DNA of 64,000 nucleotides from an uncultured Acidobacteriota bacterium (GTDB lineage: Bacteria; Acidobacteriota; JAQAZP01). Position 1 is the first letter of the stretch. Every line of letters begins with the position of its first letter. The notes beneath the pieces are model-generated. The model was given only the letters and a program-made list of their open reading frames with translations. It searched no databases and was not told where the DNA came from. The position numbers were made by a program, and so were the translations under genes. The DNA is taken from positions 2,656,001 through 2,720,000 of the forward strand of contig CAWIIB010000009.1 in assembly GCA_963836075.1 (NCBI GenBank), given 5' to 3'. This document shows positions 29,433 to 39,500 of the stretch, piece after piece.

Positions 29433-31133
29433 ATGGCCATGAGCGATCGTTCCCATCTCTCGCAGATCCGCCGGGACCTTCTCGATGAGCTGAAGGAGGA
29501 GGTGCGGTTCCACATCGGTCCGGTCCCGCCGTCCCTCAGTCGCTACTACCGGCAATACAAGGACGAGTTCGCCGGGCGGTGGCGCTCCTCCTCCAAGGAG
29601 GAGCTGATCCGCGAACTGCTGGGGGCGAGGCTGGTCATGCTCGGCGATTTCCACACTCTGCGGCAGTCCCAGCGGACCCTCCTGCGAATCCTGCGCGAAG
29701 TGGTGCCCGGCGGGCGGACAGTCCGTCTGGGTCTGGAGATGATCCACACCGTCCACCAGGAACAGTTGGACGGCTATCTGGCCGGGGAGATCGACCGGAC
29801 GGAGTTCCTCCGTGCCGTGCACTATGACACCACCTGGGGGTTCCCCTGGGAAGGGTACGGGGAGATCCTGGATTTCGCCCGCAGCCATTCCATCCCGGTG
29901 CATGGCCTCAACGTGGCCGGCAGCGGCCACGGCCCCGGGCTGCGCAAGCGGGACCGGCACGCCGCCCGTCTGCTGGCCGGGCTGGCCGCCCGCTTTCCCG
30001 ATGATCTGATCCAGGTGGTGTTTGGCGACCTGCACCTGGCCGCGGGGCACCTGCCCCGTGAGACGGTCAGAGAATTGCGACGGGCTGGTCTGGCGAAGGT
30101 GGAACCGCTGGTGATATTCCAGAACAGCGAGACGATCTTCTGGAAGCTGCACCGGCGGCGGCTGCAGCACAAGGTGGACGTGGTGCGCCTGGGTCCGAAC
30201 CGCTTCTGCATCAACAGCACCCCGCCCTGGGTCAAGCTCCACTCCCTCATCTTTTGGGAGCGGAACCGCGCCGACCTCATCCCGGCACTGCTGGCCGGCA
30301 CCGCCGGCGCCACCGGGGACGGGGTGGAGGCGGTTGAGTACAGCGAGCAGCAGGCGGGGATGATCCGCCTGGTGGCCGGCTATTTCGGTATCGATCCGCC
30401 CGGGATGGACGACTTCACCGTGATGACCCTGGTGGAATTGGACCAGTTGCTGGCATCGCTCAGCAGCCTGCCCCGGTTCTCTTCACTGGAGCCGCTGCTG
30501 CTGGGTCGGGAGTCGCTGTTCATTCCCGAGCGGCGGATCATCTTTTTGCGGGGCCCGGACATCAATCACGCGGCGGAGCAGGGAGCGGTGTTTCTCAACT
30601 GGCTCTGCACCTGCTACCGGCCGCAGCCCGACGGCGGGCAGGACGAGTTCTACCGCCGGGTGATCCGCCGCGCCCTGGGGTTCGCCGGATCGCTGGTGGT
30701 CAACCCCCGGCGCAAACACTGGCACGAGGAGGACCACAAACGGTATCTCCGGCGGCACCACCGCCGGCGATCGCGCACCTTCCGGGGAAAGATCCAGCGC
30801 GAGGCCAGCCGCCGGGTGCTGGTCCACCTGCGGCGGGAAAAGGAGCGGCGGTTCGCCGGGGCGCCACAGACAGGGGCGCGGGGCGCGGTGATCAGGTCGA
30901 TCCTCGGAATCGACGACCGGAACCTGCGCCTGGTCTCCACTGGCCTGGGGCAGATCCTCGGCTACCGCCTGTATCACGGTATGCTCCAGGGGGCGGTGAA
31001 CCGGACCGAGGTGGCGGGGCTCTTCTCGATGAAGCTCGACGGGCGGCATGAAGCACGGGATCTGTACCTCGACCTCAAGCAGCGTCTCCTCCGGGTTGTG
31101 CCGGTGGTGATCAGCAAGTCCCACCGATTCTAG
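29433..31133 (+). CDS. ChaN/EreA-like domain protein with C-terminal extension
   Basis: VMLGDFH, LGLEM, 'QLDGYLAGEIDRTEFL....WGFPW..Y..ILDFAR', RDRHAA, VFGDLHL. Confidence 0.7.
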   Translation: MAMSDRSHLSQIRRDLLDELKEEVRFHIGPVPPSLSRYYRQYKDEFAGRWRSSSKEELIRELLGARLVMLGDFHTLRQSQRTLLRILREVVPGGRTVRLGLEMIHTVHQEQLDGYLAGEIDRTEFLRAVHYDTTWGFPWEGYGEILDFARSHSIPVHGLNVAGSGHGPGLRKRDRHAARLLAGLAARFPDDLIQVVFGDLHLAAGHLPRETVRELRRAGLAKVEPLVIFQNSETIFWKLHRRRLQHKVDVVRLGPNRFCINSTPPWVKLHSLIFWERNRADLIPALLAGTAGATGDGVEAVEYSEQQAGMIRLVAGYFGIDPPGMDDFTVMTLVELDQLLASLSSLPRFSSLEPLLLGRESLFIPERRIIFLRGPDINHAAEQGAVFLNWLCTCYRPQPDGGQDEFYRRVIRRALGFAGSLVVNPRRKHWHEEDHKRYLRRHHRRRSRTFRGKIQREASRRVLVHLRREKERRFAGAPQTGARGAVIRSILGIDDRNLRLVSTGLGQILGYRLYHGMLQGAVNRTEVAGLFSMKLDGRHEARDLYLDLKQRLLRVVPVVISKSHRF

Positions 31134-31174
31134 CTCTTGCTTCCGCGGTCCGGGCCAGGTTCACGGACCGGTTC

Positions 31175-31370
31175 TGTGGAAAAAAAACAAAATCCTCATT
31201 TTTGTTCCTGATTTTCGGGAAACTGGCAAGATTCGTGCTAAGGCATGTGTAATCATGGTGATACCACTGTTTCACTTTTCGGTCGATCCGTGCGAAGTCC
31301 TTGGTTCAGCAAGACTTGGAGAAAGCCGCAGTCCCTTTTCCACAGGGTTTTCCACACAAGCTGTTGACAA
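31175..31370. promoter_or_regulatory. Cluster of DnaA-box-like 9-mers; possible sigma-54 site at 31224-31239
   Basis: TTTTCCACA at 31336 and 31348; TGTGGAAAA at 31175; TGTTGACAA at 31362; TGGCAAG-ATTC-GTGCT. Confidence 0.45.
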
Positions 31371-31522
31371 GTGGCACCGGGGCCGGCCCCGGCCGGCGAA
31401 CCGTCCTGTACGTTCCCATTTTCAGCCTGCTATGTTAAAATCAAAATTTGTCACAACTTTTCCGGCCTGATGATCCAGCGGCAACTGCCGTGTACCACGG
31501 TTTGCAGAAAAAGGAGGTCCTG

Positions 31523-32134
31523 ATGAGCAGGAATGGGATCCGGGGAATCGCCTTCTTTACGGCGGCAGCGATACTCCTCGCGGCCGGCCCCGTTTTTATT
31601 GCCGAAGCCCGCGCCACCGAGGCCCAGCCCGGGGCCGAGCAGGCCATCGAGACCATGATCAAGGCGATCAAGGAGGACAATGCGCCGATCAGGAACCGCA
31701 TGTTCTTCAGGCTTCGCGATATCGGAGAGCCGTCGGTGGAACCGTTGATCGCCGCTTATGCCGCCAACAGCGAATTGCCGGTGCGGCAGTACATCATCAA
31801 CATGCTCGGCTGGGTGGGCGGGGAACAGGCCTACGAGTTCATCTCGGAGAAGGTCACCGACCAGCGGGCCGAAATCCGCCAGAAGGCCGCCGAAGCCCTC
31901 TGCACCATCGATGACAAACGGGGCATCCCGCTGTTGATCCAGGCGCTGGACGACAGTGACGAAAACGTCCGCATCGCCGCCATCGTCTCCCTCGGCGTGA
32001 TGGAGGATCCCCAGGCCATCAAACCGCTGAAAAAGAAACTCAACGATCCCAGCCCCCGGGTGGCTAAGTTTGCCGAGAACTATCTCGAGCTGCTGGCCAT
32101 CACCTACCCGGAGGCCGAGACCGGCGGCGAATAG
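31523..32134 (+). CDS. Secreted HEAT-repeat (PBS lyase-like) protein
   Basis: Signal peptide; repeats such as LIQALDDSDENVRIAAIVSLG. Confidence 0.82.
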   Translation: MSRNGIRGIAFFTAAAILLAAGPVFIAEARATEAQPGAEQAIETMIKAIKEDNAPIRNRMFFRLRDIGEPSVEPLIAAYAANSELPVRQYIINMLGWVGGEQAYEFISEKVTDQRAEIRQKAAEALCTIDDKRGIPLLIQALDDSDENVRIAAIVSLGVMEDPQAIKPLKKKLNDPSPRVAKFAENYLELLAITYPEAETGGE

Positions 32135-32158
32135 CGCCCCGGTTGCGGAGAGACCTCA

Positions 32159-32887
32159 ATGCCCACACCAGCCGCAGAGATCATCGTCGCCATCGATGTG
32201 CCCACCGTGGACCAGGCGCTGGACCTGGCCCGGAAACTTGAAGGCCAGGCCGACCTGTTCAAGGTGGGCCTGCAGCTCTTCTCCGCCGAAGGCCCCGGGA
32301 TCGTCGAACGTCTCTCGGCCACCGGGACCAGGGTCTTTCTCGACCTGAAGTACCACGACATCCCCAACACCGTGGCCGGCGCGATGTTGGAGGGCTGCCG
32401 CTGCGGCGCGGCCATCGTCAACCTGCATGCGTCGGGCGGTCCGGCGATGATGACCGCCGCGGCCGAGGCGGCCCGGCGGTTCAGCGAGGAGAGCGGTCGT
32501 CCCCAGCCGCTGCTGGTGGCGGTCACCGTGCTGACCAGTCTCGACGAGCAGGCCCTGGGCCGTGTGGGGATTGACCGGCCGGTGGAAGAGCAGGTGGTGG
32601 GGTTGGCCCGCCTGGCTCAGGAATGCGGTCTGGGCGGTGTGGTGGCTTCGCCCAGGGAAGTGGTTTCGATCAAGGCGGCCTGCGGGGCCGATTTCAAGGT
32701 GATCACTCCCGGCATCCGGCCGGCCTGGTCCGCTGCCGGGGACCAGAGCCGTTTCACCTCTCCCGCGGAAGCGGTGAACCTCGGCTCGGACTACCTGGTG
32801 ATCGGCCGGCCGATCACCGGGGCGGAGGATCCGCCCGGGGCACTGCAGCGGATCCGGGACGAAATCGCCTCCGCCGCCCGGCCCTGA
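32159..32887 (+). CDS. pyrF: Orotidine-5'-phosphate decarboxylase
   Basis: IVAID, FKVG, FLDLKYHDIPNTV, VTVLTS, TPGIRP, DYLVIGRPIT. Confidence 0.97.
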   Translation: MPTPAAEIIVAIDVPTVDQALDLARKLEGQADLFKVGLQLFSAEGPGIVERLSATGTRVFLDLKYHDIPNTVAGAMLEGCRCGAAIVNLHASGGPAMMTAAAEAARRFSEESGRPQPLLVAVTVLTSLDEQALGRVGIDRPVEEQVVGLARLAQECGLGGVVASPREVVSIKAACGADFKVITPGIRPAWSAAGDQSRFTSPAEAVNLGSDYLVIGRPITGAEDPPGALQRIRDEIASAARP

Positions 32888-32913
32888 CCGGCGCCCCCTG
32901 CGTCCATCACTCT

Positions 32914-33711
32914 TCAGTCCCCGGAGGGTTCCGCCTGCGTTCCCAGCAGGTCCAGCGATCGCCGCGCAGCCCTGATCACAGCGCCGTCCTCCTCCGCCTC
33001 GAGCAGCGCTTCCAGCCGGGCCGCCGATGCCGGCTCACCAATCCTCCCTGCCGCTACCGCGGCTTTCTCACGCACCGACGACGCTTTGTCGCCCAGTGCG
33101 ATGTGAATCAGTTCCGTTCCCTTCGGACTGCCGATTTCACCGATTGCCCAGCAGACGTTGGCCCGCTGCAGTTCGTCTCCGCCGTCGAATAGTTTCCGCA
33201 GCCGGCCGATGGCTCCGGGATTGTGGTAGAGCCCCACCGCCCAGGCGGCATAGGCCCGGGTTGCGGGGTCCGGGGCTTCCAGCAGAGTGAGCAGCGGGCG
33301 GTATCCGGTCTGCAGCGGGTGGTTGTTCATGATGAACACCGAGATGGCGGTGTGCTGCACTTCAAGGTTCTGGTCCTCGAAGGCCTTGATCAGGGCCGTG
33401 GTCACCACCTCCGACGGGTGGCCGATGGCCGAGGCCGCCGCGGCCTGCCGGACCTGGGGTGCGGGGTCGGAGAGGCCGGCGGCCAGGGCCGTCTCCACAT
33501 CCGGTCCCTGGAGCGTGGCCAGTTCCCCGTAGGCCGCTACCCGCTCCTCGGTGGACCCGGAACGGGCCTGGTCGAGAAAGAAGGGCACCCCCTGGCCAAA
33601 GAGGCTTCCCGTCACCAGGAGCAGGCACAATGCCGGGCCGGCGCGGCTGACGGCCCGCAGCAGGGCGAAGCGTGCAGTGGCGGGGCAGTGGCGAATCCTG
33701 GTCTGGTCCAT
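32914..33711 (-). CDS. HEAT-repeat protein with putative signal peptide
   Basis: Repeats LSDPAPQVRQAAA, DPATRAYAAWAVG, DKASSVREKAAVAAG; GGAGG before ATG at 33711. Confidence 0.78.
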   Translation of the reverse strand: MDQTRIRHCPATARFALLRAVSRAGPALCLLLVTGSLFGQGVPFFLDQARSGSTEERVAAYGELATLQGPDVETALAAGLSDPAPQVRQAAAASAIGHPSEVVTTALIKAFEDQNLEVQHTAISVFIMNNHPLQTGYRPLLTLLEAPDPATRAYAAWAVGLYHNPGAIGRLRKLFDGGDELQRANVCWAIGEIGSPKGTELIHIALGDKASSVREKAAVAAGRIGEPASAARLEALLEAEEDGAVIRAARRSLDLLGTQAEPSGD

Positions 33712-33968
33712 GGGTCGAATACCTCCATCCTTGGCATAGTCGTTGATCTCCGGCGACCGGTTCGGTTGCGCGGGTGCGAGTTTATGGTAGCAGAAGGCCG
33801 GGCCGGTGAGAAAGGGGGGAGGAAACGGGGTGGCCGCTGTTGCGGACCCGCTCACGATCTTCTACACTTTTTAGAGAGACCATAACGCCGGCGGCCGGAG
33901 TTGAGGGGGCGGCGCGGCAGATCAGGGCACGGGTCCTTGGCGTCCCGGAGCCCGGAGAATGTGAACCA

Positions 33969-34910
33969 ATGAAAAAGTATCCCACAGTTTCATGTGCAGC
34001 GCTCCTCCTGGTCATCTGTTTTCTCGGCGGGCTGGTCAGCCTGCCGCTCCAGGCCCGGGACTTCTCCATGTTCGACAAGGTCAGCGGCGCCGAACTGGTG
34101 ATCGTGGGGCGGGTTGTGAAATACAAGACCAAGGCTGAAATCGAGGTGCTGGAGGTGTTGAAGGGGGAGTGGTCCGAGAAGACGCTGGAGATCCGCTTCC
34201 GCACCGCCAACTACGAGCGGCAGAAGATCGGTGTCGAGAAGATCCAGTTTTTCGAGGATGAACGGCTGCTCCTCTTTCTCCAGGCCCGTGACGACAAGGC
34301 CCGCAGCAAGGGGCGCTTCATTCTCTACCCCGAGGACATGCGGGGCCGCCTGGAGCTGCACGACGACGAGGAGGCCCGGCTGATCCTCGAGGCGGTCAAC
34401 ACCTGCGTGGGAGCCAGCTTCACCAACCGCGAGGAACTGCGTGAGATCTGGCGGCAAATGGCCCGGGAACGAAACGTGTATCTCCGGCTCTGCGGCCTGG
34501 AGAGCCTCGAATATGACCGGGCCCTGGATCTGGACGCGCTGCCGCTGCTGGCTGCGCTCTACAACGACCGCTACCCGGTGATTCGCAGACGGGCGCTGCA
34601 GCTGACGTCGGTGGTGGTCCGCTTCCGGCCCGAAAGTTTCCGCGACACGCCGGAGCGCGAGATTCTGATGTACGAAGTGCTGCCCCTGCTGGAGGACGAG
34701 CACGAAGAGGTGCGCCTCGAGGCGGTGAGCACATTGCAGCATTTGGGGGATCAGCGGGTGCTGCCCACACTGCGCCGAATCAGCCAGAGCGACCCGGTTC
34801 AAGAGGTCCGTCTGGAAGCCACGCGGGTGATTTTCCAGGAGGAGTCCGGCTGGCTGACGGCCAGTGAGCCGCCCCCTGCCCCGGCTGAATCAGAAACACC
34901 GGAAAGATGA
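33969..34910 (+). CDS. Secreted protein with C-terminal HEAT repeats
   Basis: Signal peptide (LQA^R); LLEDEHEEVRLEAVSTL, DPVQEVRLEA. Confidence 0.75.
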   Translation: MKKYPTVSCAALLLVICFLGGLVSLPLQARDFSMFDKVSGAELVIVGRVVKYKTKAEIEVLEVLKGEWSEKTLEIRFRTANYERQKIGVEKIQFFEDERLLLFLQARDDKARSKGRFILYPEDMRGRLELHDDEEARLILEAVNTCVGASFTNREELREIWRQMARERNVYLRLCGLESLEYDRALDLDALPLLAALYNDRYPVIRRRALQLTSVVVRFRPESFRDTPEREILMYEVLPLLEDEHEEVRLEAVSTLQHLGDQRVLPTLRRISQSDPVQEVRLEATRVIFQEESGWLTASEPPPAPAESETPER

Positions 34911-35061
34911 AATCAATTTAGCGAAGTTGATTAATAGGCTTAATTATCTGAAGGTTGTGCATGAATTTTATTCATTTTCTTTGGGGACTGTGCTAGAGTC
35001 AGGCTACAAACCCCGGGGGGCGGATACGGACCCCCGGGAGCGTTCGATCCGGAGTGAGGGC

Positions 35062-35931
35062 ATGAAACTTCACAAACCGATCCTGGAACTGGTGCGGCGG
35101 ACGTCCACCCAGTTGCCTGCCGACGTGCTGAAGGCCATCCAGCGCCACCGTGATCGAGAGGAGCAGGGCTCCCCGGCCAGAAGCATCCTCGACGCCCTGG
35201 AAAAAAACGTTCGCCTCGCCCGGCGCAACGGCACCCCGGTCTGCCAGGACACGGGGATTCCGGCCTTTGCCATCAGCCATCCGGTGGAGATGGTCCAGGA
35301 GGAAATAGTCACCGCGATAAAGTGGGCGGTCCGCCAGGCCACCCAGCTGAACTTTCTCAGGCCCGATGCGGTGGATTCGATCACCGGGGTCAATACCGGC
35401 AACAACATCGGCCATGGCTTCCCGGCGATCAGCCTGCACCAGTGGGGCCGGCGGTTCCTCAAGGTGGAGCTGCTGCTCAAGGGGTGCGGCAGCGATCTGT
35501 TCAGCAGGCAATATTCGCTCCCCGATGGACAGCTGAAGGCCGACCTGGGCCTGGAGGGCGTCCGGCGCTCTGTCCTCGACGCGGTGTACCGGGTCCAGGG
35601 CCGGGGGTGCGGTCCCGGTGTGCTGGGCGTGGGCATCGGCGGTACCCGATCCACCGGCTACCGCCAGGCCGACCACCAGTTGTTTCGCAAACTGGACGAC
35701 GAGAACCCCAACCCGCAACTGGCCCGGCTGGAGGAGGATCTCCTGCGGCAGGGCAACGAACTGGGCATCGGTCCCATGGGCCTGGGCGGGCAGACCACCC
35801 TGCTGGCGGTGAAGATCGGAAACGAGCACCGGCTGCCTTCATCCTGTTTTGTCTCCGTATCCTGGATGTGCTGGGCCTGTCGGCGAAAGACCATGAAACT
35901 GTACCCGGACGGAGAGGCCCGGTATGCGTAG
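35062..35931 (+). CDS. Class I fumarate hydratase/tartrate dehydratase-like, alpha subunit
   Basis: PVCQDTG, TGVNTGNN, GCGPGVLGVGIGG, LGIGPMGLGG, MCWACRR (three Fe-S Cys present). Confidence 0.88.
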   Translation: MKLHKPILELVRRTSTQLPADVLKAIQRHRDREEQGSPARSILDALEKNVRLARRNGTPVCQDTGIPAFAISHPVEMVQEEIVTAIKWAVRQATQLNFLRPDAVDSITGVNTGNNIGHGFPAISLHQWGRRFLKVELLLKGCGSDLFSRQYSLPDGQLKADLGLEGVRRSVLDAVYRVQGRGCGPGVLGVGIGGTRSTGYRQADHQLFRKLDDENPNPQLARLEEDLLRQGNELGIGPMGLGGQTTLLAVKIGNEHRLPSSCFVSVSWMCWACRRKTMKLYPDGEARYA

Positions 35932-36523
35932 AAGAGACAAGAACGTGCGGCAGCTGAAACTCCCCCTGGCCGAAGCGGCGGTGCGGGAACTGCGGGCCGG
36001 GGAGTCGGTGGATCTGAGCGGCGTGGTCCTCACCGCGCGGGGGTCGGGGCACCGCTACCTGCTGGACCAGGAACCGCGCCTGCTCAGCGACCTGCTGCAC
36101 CACGGCGGCATCTATCACTGCGGCCCGGTGGTGCGCAAGATGAAACGGAAGGAGGAGTGGAAGATCGTGGCTGCCGGTCCCTCATCCAGCATGTTCCTCG
36201 AAGAATATACCGCCACCGTGATCGCCCGCTACGGCGTCCGGGTGATTATCGGTGCGGGGGGGATGGGCGCAGGAACGCTGGAGGCCTGCCGCCGGCACGG
36301 TGCGGTCTACCTCGCGGCGGCGGGCGGCGCCGCCGCGCTGCTGGCCGGAACGGTGGTCCGGGTCCACGGGGTCTCGAAGCTCGATTTCGGTATTCCCGAA
36401 GCCCTGTGGGAACTGGAGGTCCGGCACTTCCCGGCACTGGTGGCCATGGACACCCACGGCGAAAGCCTCTACCAGCGTGTGGCCCGCACTTCGGAGACCC
36501 GCTACCGGGAACTGGTGTTGTAA
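35924..36523 (+). CDS. Class I fumarate hydratase-like, beta subunit (degenerate motifs)
   Basis: LRAGESVDLSG, IYHCGPVV, GAVYLAAAGGAA, PEALW, AMDTHGESLY; overlaps the alpha stop. Confidence 0.85.
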   Translation: MRRRDKNVRQLKLPLAEAAVRELRAGESVDLSGVVLTARGSGHRYLLDQEPRLLSDLLHHGGIYHCGPVVRKMKRKEEWKIVAAGPSSSMFLEEYTATVIARYGVRVIIGAGGMGAGTLEACRRHGAVYLAAAGGAAALLAGTVVRVHGVSKLDFGIPEALWELEVRHFPALVAMDTHGESLYQRVARTSETRYRELVL

Positions 36524-36527
36524 TCCC

Positions 36528-39500
36528 ATGAATCCCCGTCCTTTCCGATCCTCCCCGGTCCTGCTGCTGATCTTCATTTCCGGGGCTGCCGGCCTGGTCT
36601 ACCAGGTGGCCTGGATGCGCCAGCTGCAGCCCGCCATGGGCGGATCGGTCTATTCCGTCACCGCGGTGCTGGCCTCATTCATGGCCGGCCTGGCCTTGGG
36701 AAGCGCGGCCATCTCCCGGGTGGCGGCCCGGCTGAAGCGGCCGCTGGCGGTGTATGCCGGTCTGGAACTGTTCATCGCCGGCTGGGGCCTGCTCTCCCCG
36801 CTGCTGCTGTCGCTGGCCGCGCCGGCCTTCAACGTTCTGCACCCGGCGGCGGGCGGCGGAGCGTCCGACCCCGCCCTGGCCGCCTGGCGCTTCCTGCTGG
36901 CCTTCCTGCTGCTGCTCCCGCCCACCCTGGCCATGGGGGCCACGCTGCCGGCGGTGGCCCGGTTTTGCCGGCCCATCAGCCGCCACAGCGTGGGGCGGCT
37001 GATGGGCCGGCTCTATGCAGCCAGCTCCGCCGGCGCCGTCTGCGGAGCACTGGGCGCCGGGTTCCTGGTCCTCCCCGCCCTGGGTCTGGCCGGCGGCTGC
37101 CGGCTGGCCGCCCTGGGCAACCTGGCCGCCGCCGGCGGCGCCTGGCTGCTGCACCGGCGGCGGGGCACTGCCCCTGGCCCGGTGGAGGGTGAAGCGCCGG
37201 ACGGTGCCGCCAGCGGTGTGGAACCGCTGCGGGGCGTGGGGTCCCGTCTGCGCACCGTCCACCTCGCCGCACTGCTCAGCGGCGCGGCGTCCATGGCCCT
37301 GGAGGTGGCCTGGAGCCGGAACTTCGCCTTGCTCTTCGGCTCTTCGGTCTATGCCATTTCCCTGGTGCTGGCCGCCTTTATCGGCGGCATCGCGCTCGGG
37401 GCCTATGTGCCGTCCCGGTTTTTCGACCGCTGGGGGCCCGGCCGGGTGCCGGCCGCCGCGGCACTGGCCCTGGCTGCCGCGTTCACCGCCCTGGTGGCCG
37501 CCTCCGGCTCGGTCCTGCCGCTGGTTTCCCTGCGGCTGTTCTGGTGGTCGGGCGGCGCGCCGGCCCTGGCCTACCCGCTGCAGCTGCTGCTGGCCGGCCT
37601 GATCCTGCTCCCCGGCACCTTCTGCACCGGGGCAGCCTTTCCGCTGCTGGTGCGCACTCTCTCCGTGGATGGCGGCCGGCCGCCGGAGCAGGCACTGGGC
37701 ACGCTCTACGCGGTGAACACCGCCGGGGCCGTGGCCGGGACCGTGCTGGCCGGTTTCTTCGTGCTGCCGGCGCTGGGTATGGAGCGGACCTCGCTGTCCG
37801 GTTCCGCACTGCTGGCCCTGGCCGCCGCCGGACTGCTGCTGGGGGGCCGGCGGCGCTGGTGGCAGCCGCTGCTGCCGCTGGCCCTGGTCTGCCTTGCGGC
37901 CCTGCCGGTGATGCTGCGCCCCTGGGACCAGGACCTGGTCACCAGTGGCCCCTTTGTCTATGCCGGCATCTACCGCGAGATCGCCGCCCTGGACCGGGCC
38001 TGGGACCCGCAGCGGGAGACCGCCGGTGAGGACCGTCCCTGGACCACCGCCGCCGATGACCCGGTGGCGGCGACACCTTCCGGTTTCCAGGGCCTCCGGG
38101 AACTGGTGCGGGCCCGTGGCGAACTGATCTGGCACCGCCAGGGCGCCGACGCCTCGGTGGCGGTTCGGCGGTCGGCAACCGGCACCCTTTCACTGCAGAT
38201 CAACGGCAAGACCGATGCCTCCACCGGCGGGGACATGAAGCTTCAGCTGCTCAGTGCCCGCCTGCCCCTGCTGCTGCACCCCGACCCGCGGGAGGTCTTT
38301 CTCCTCGGCCTGGCCAGCGGGGTGACCCTCGGCGCGCTGCTGGAGCACCCTGAGGTGCAGCGGGCCACCTGCGCCGAGATCTCGCCGGCGGTGGTGCAGG
38401 CCTCCCGCTTCTTCGATGCCGTCTCCGGCGCCCCCCTGGACGATCCCCGGGTGGAGCTGGTGGTGGAGGACGGCCGCAGCGTGCTCCAGCGGACGGCGGC
38501 CGGTTCCTTCGACGTGATCATCTCCGAGCCCACCAACCCCTGGATCGCCGGGATGGCCGACCTCTTCTCGGTGGAGTTCTTCCGGCTCTGCCGCAGCCGT
38601 CTGGCCGATGGAGGGCTCTGCTGCCAGTGGGTCCAGAGCTATGCCCTGGAGACCGGCGACCTGCGGCGGGTGACCGCCACCTTTGGCGCGGTCTTCCCCC
38701 GGGCCACCCTGTGGGCCGAGAAGGCCGCCGGTGGTGACTACCTGCTGATCGGCTTTGCCGACGGCCCGCAGGTCCGGGTCACCGGCCGGGAAGAGCTGGC
38801 CCGGCGGATGGCCGATCCGGGGCTGACCTGGTGGGGGGGGATGGACGACCTTCCGGCCCCGCTGCAGCTGCTGGGCCACCTGGCCTGCGACACGGCGGGA
38901 CTGGCCGGTTTTTGTGGCGGCGCTCCGCTGATCACCGACGACAACATCAGCCTCGAGTTTTCCGCCCCCCTGGCCCTGCACCGCCGAACCCTGGCCGGGA
39001 ACCTCGAGGCGCTGCTGCCGCACCGGGCCAACCGCGGGAACCTGCCGCCGTGGCTGCCCCTGGGCGGGGAGGCCGAGGCCGATGATTTGGCCGCGTTGCT
39101 CACCTCCCAGGCCGAACTGGAGATGGCCTGTCTGGCCGCCCTCGGCATGGACCTGGAGACGGCGGTGCTCCACCTGGAGGCCTCGCTCTCCGCGGACCGG
39201 GGAAACCCCGAAGCCCGGGAGTTCCTCTACGCCGTGGCGCCGGCCTTCTGCGGCCGGCTCACCGCCGCCGGCCAGCCCGCGGCCTCGCTGATCCTCTGCC
39301 GGCTCTACCTGGTCCGCCGGCCGGACGAGACGGGGATGCTGGTCGAGGAGGGCCGGGCCCTGGCCGCCCTGGGCCTGCACGAGGCGGCGGTTTCGCGGTT
39401 CCGCCGGGTGGCTGCGGCCAGCCCCGGTGACGGGGAGGCGCTGAACCAGCTGGGCCTGGCCCTGCACCGGGCCGGGGACACCGCCGGTGCGCAGGAGACG

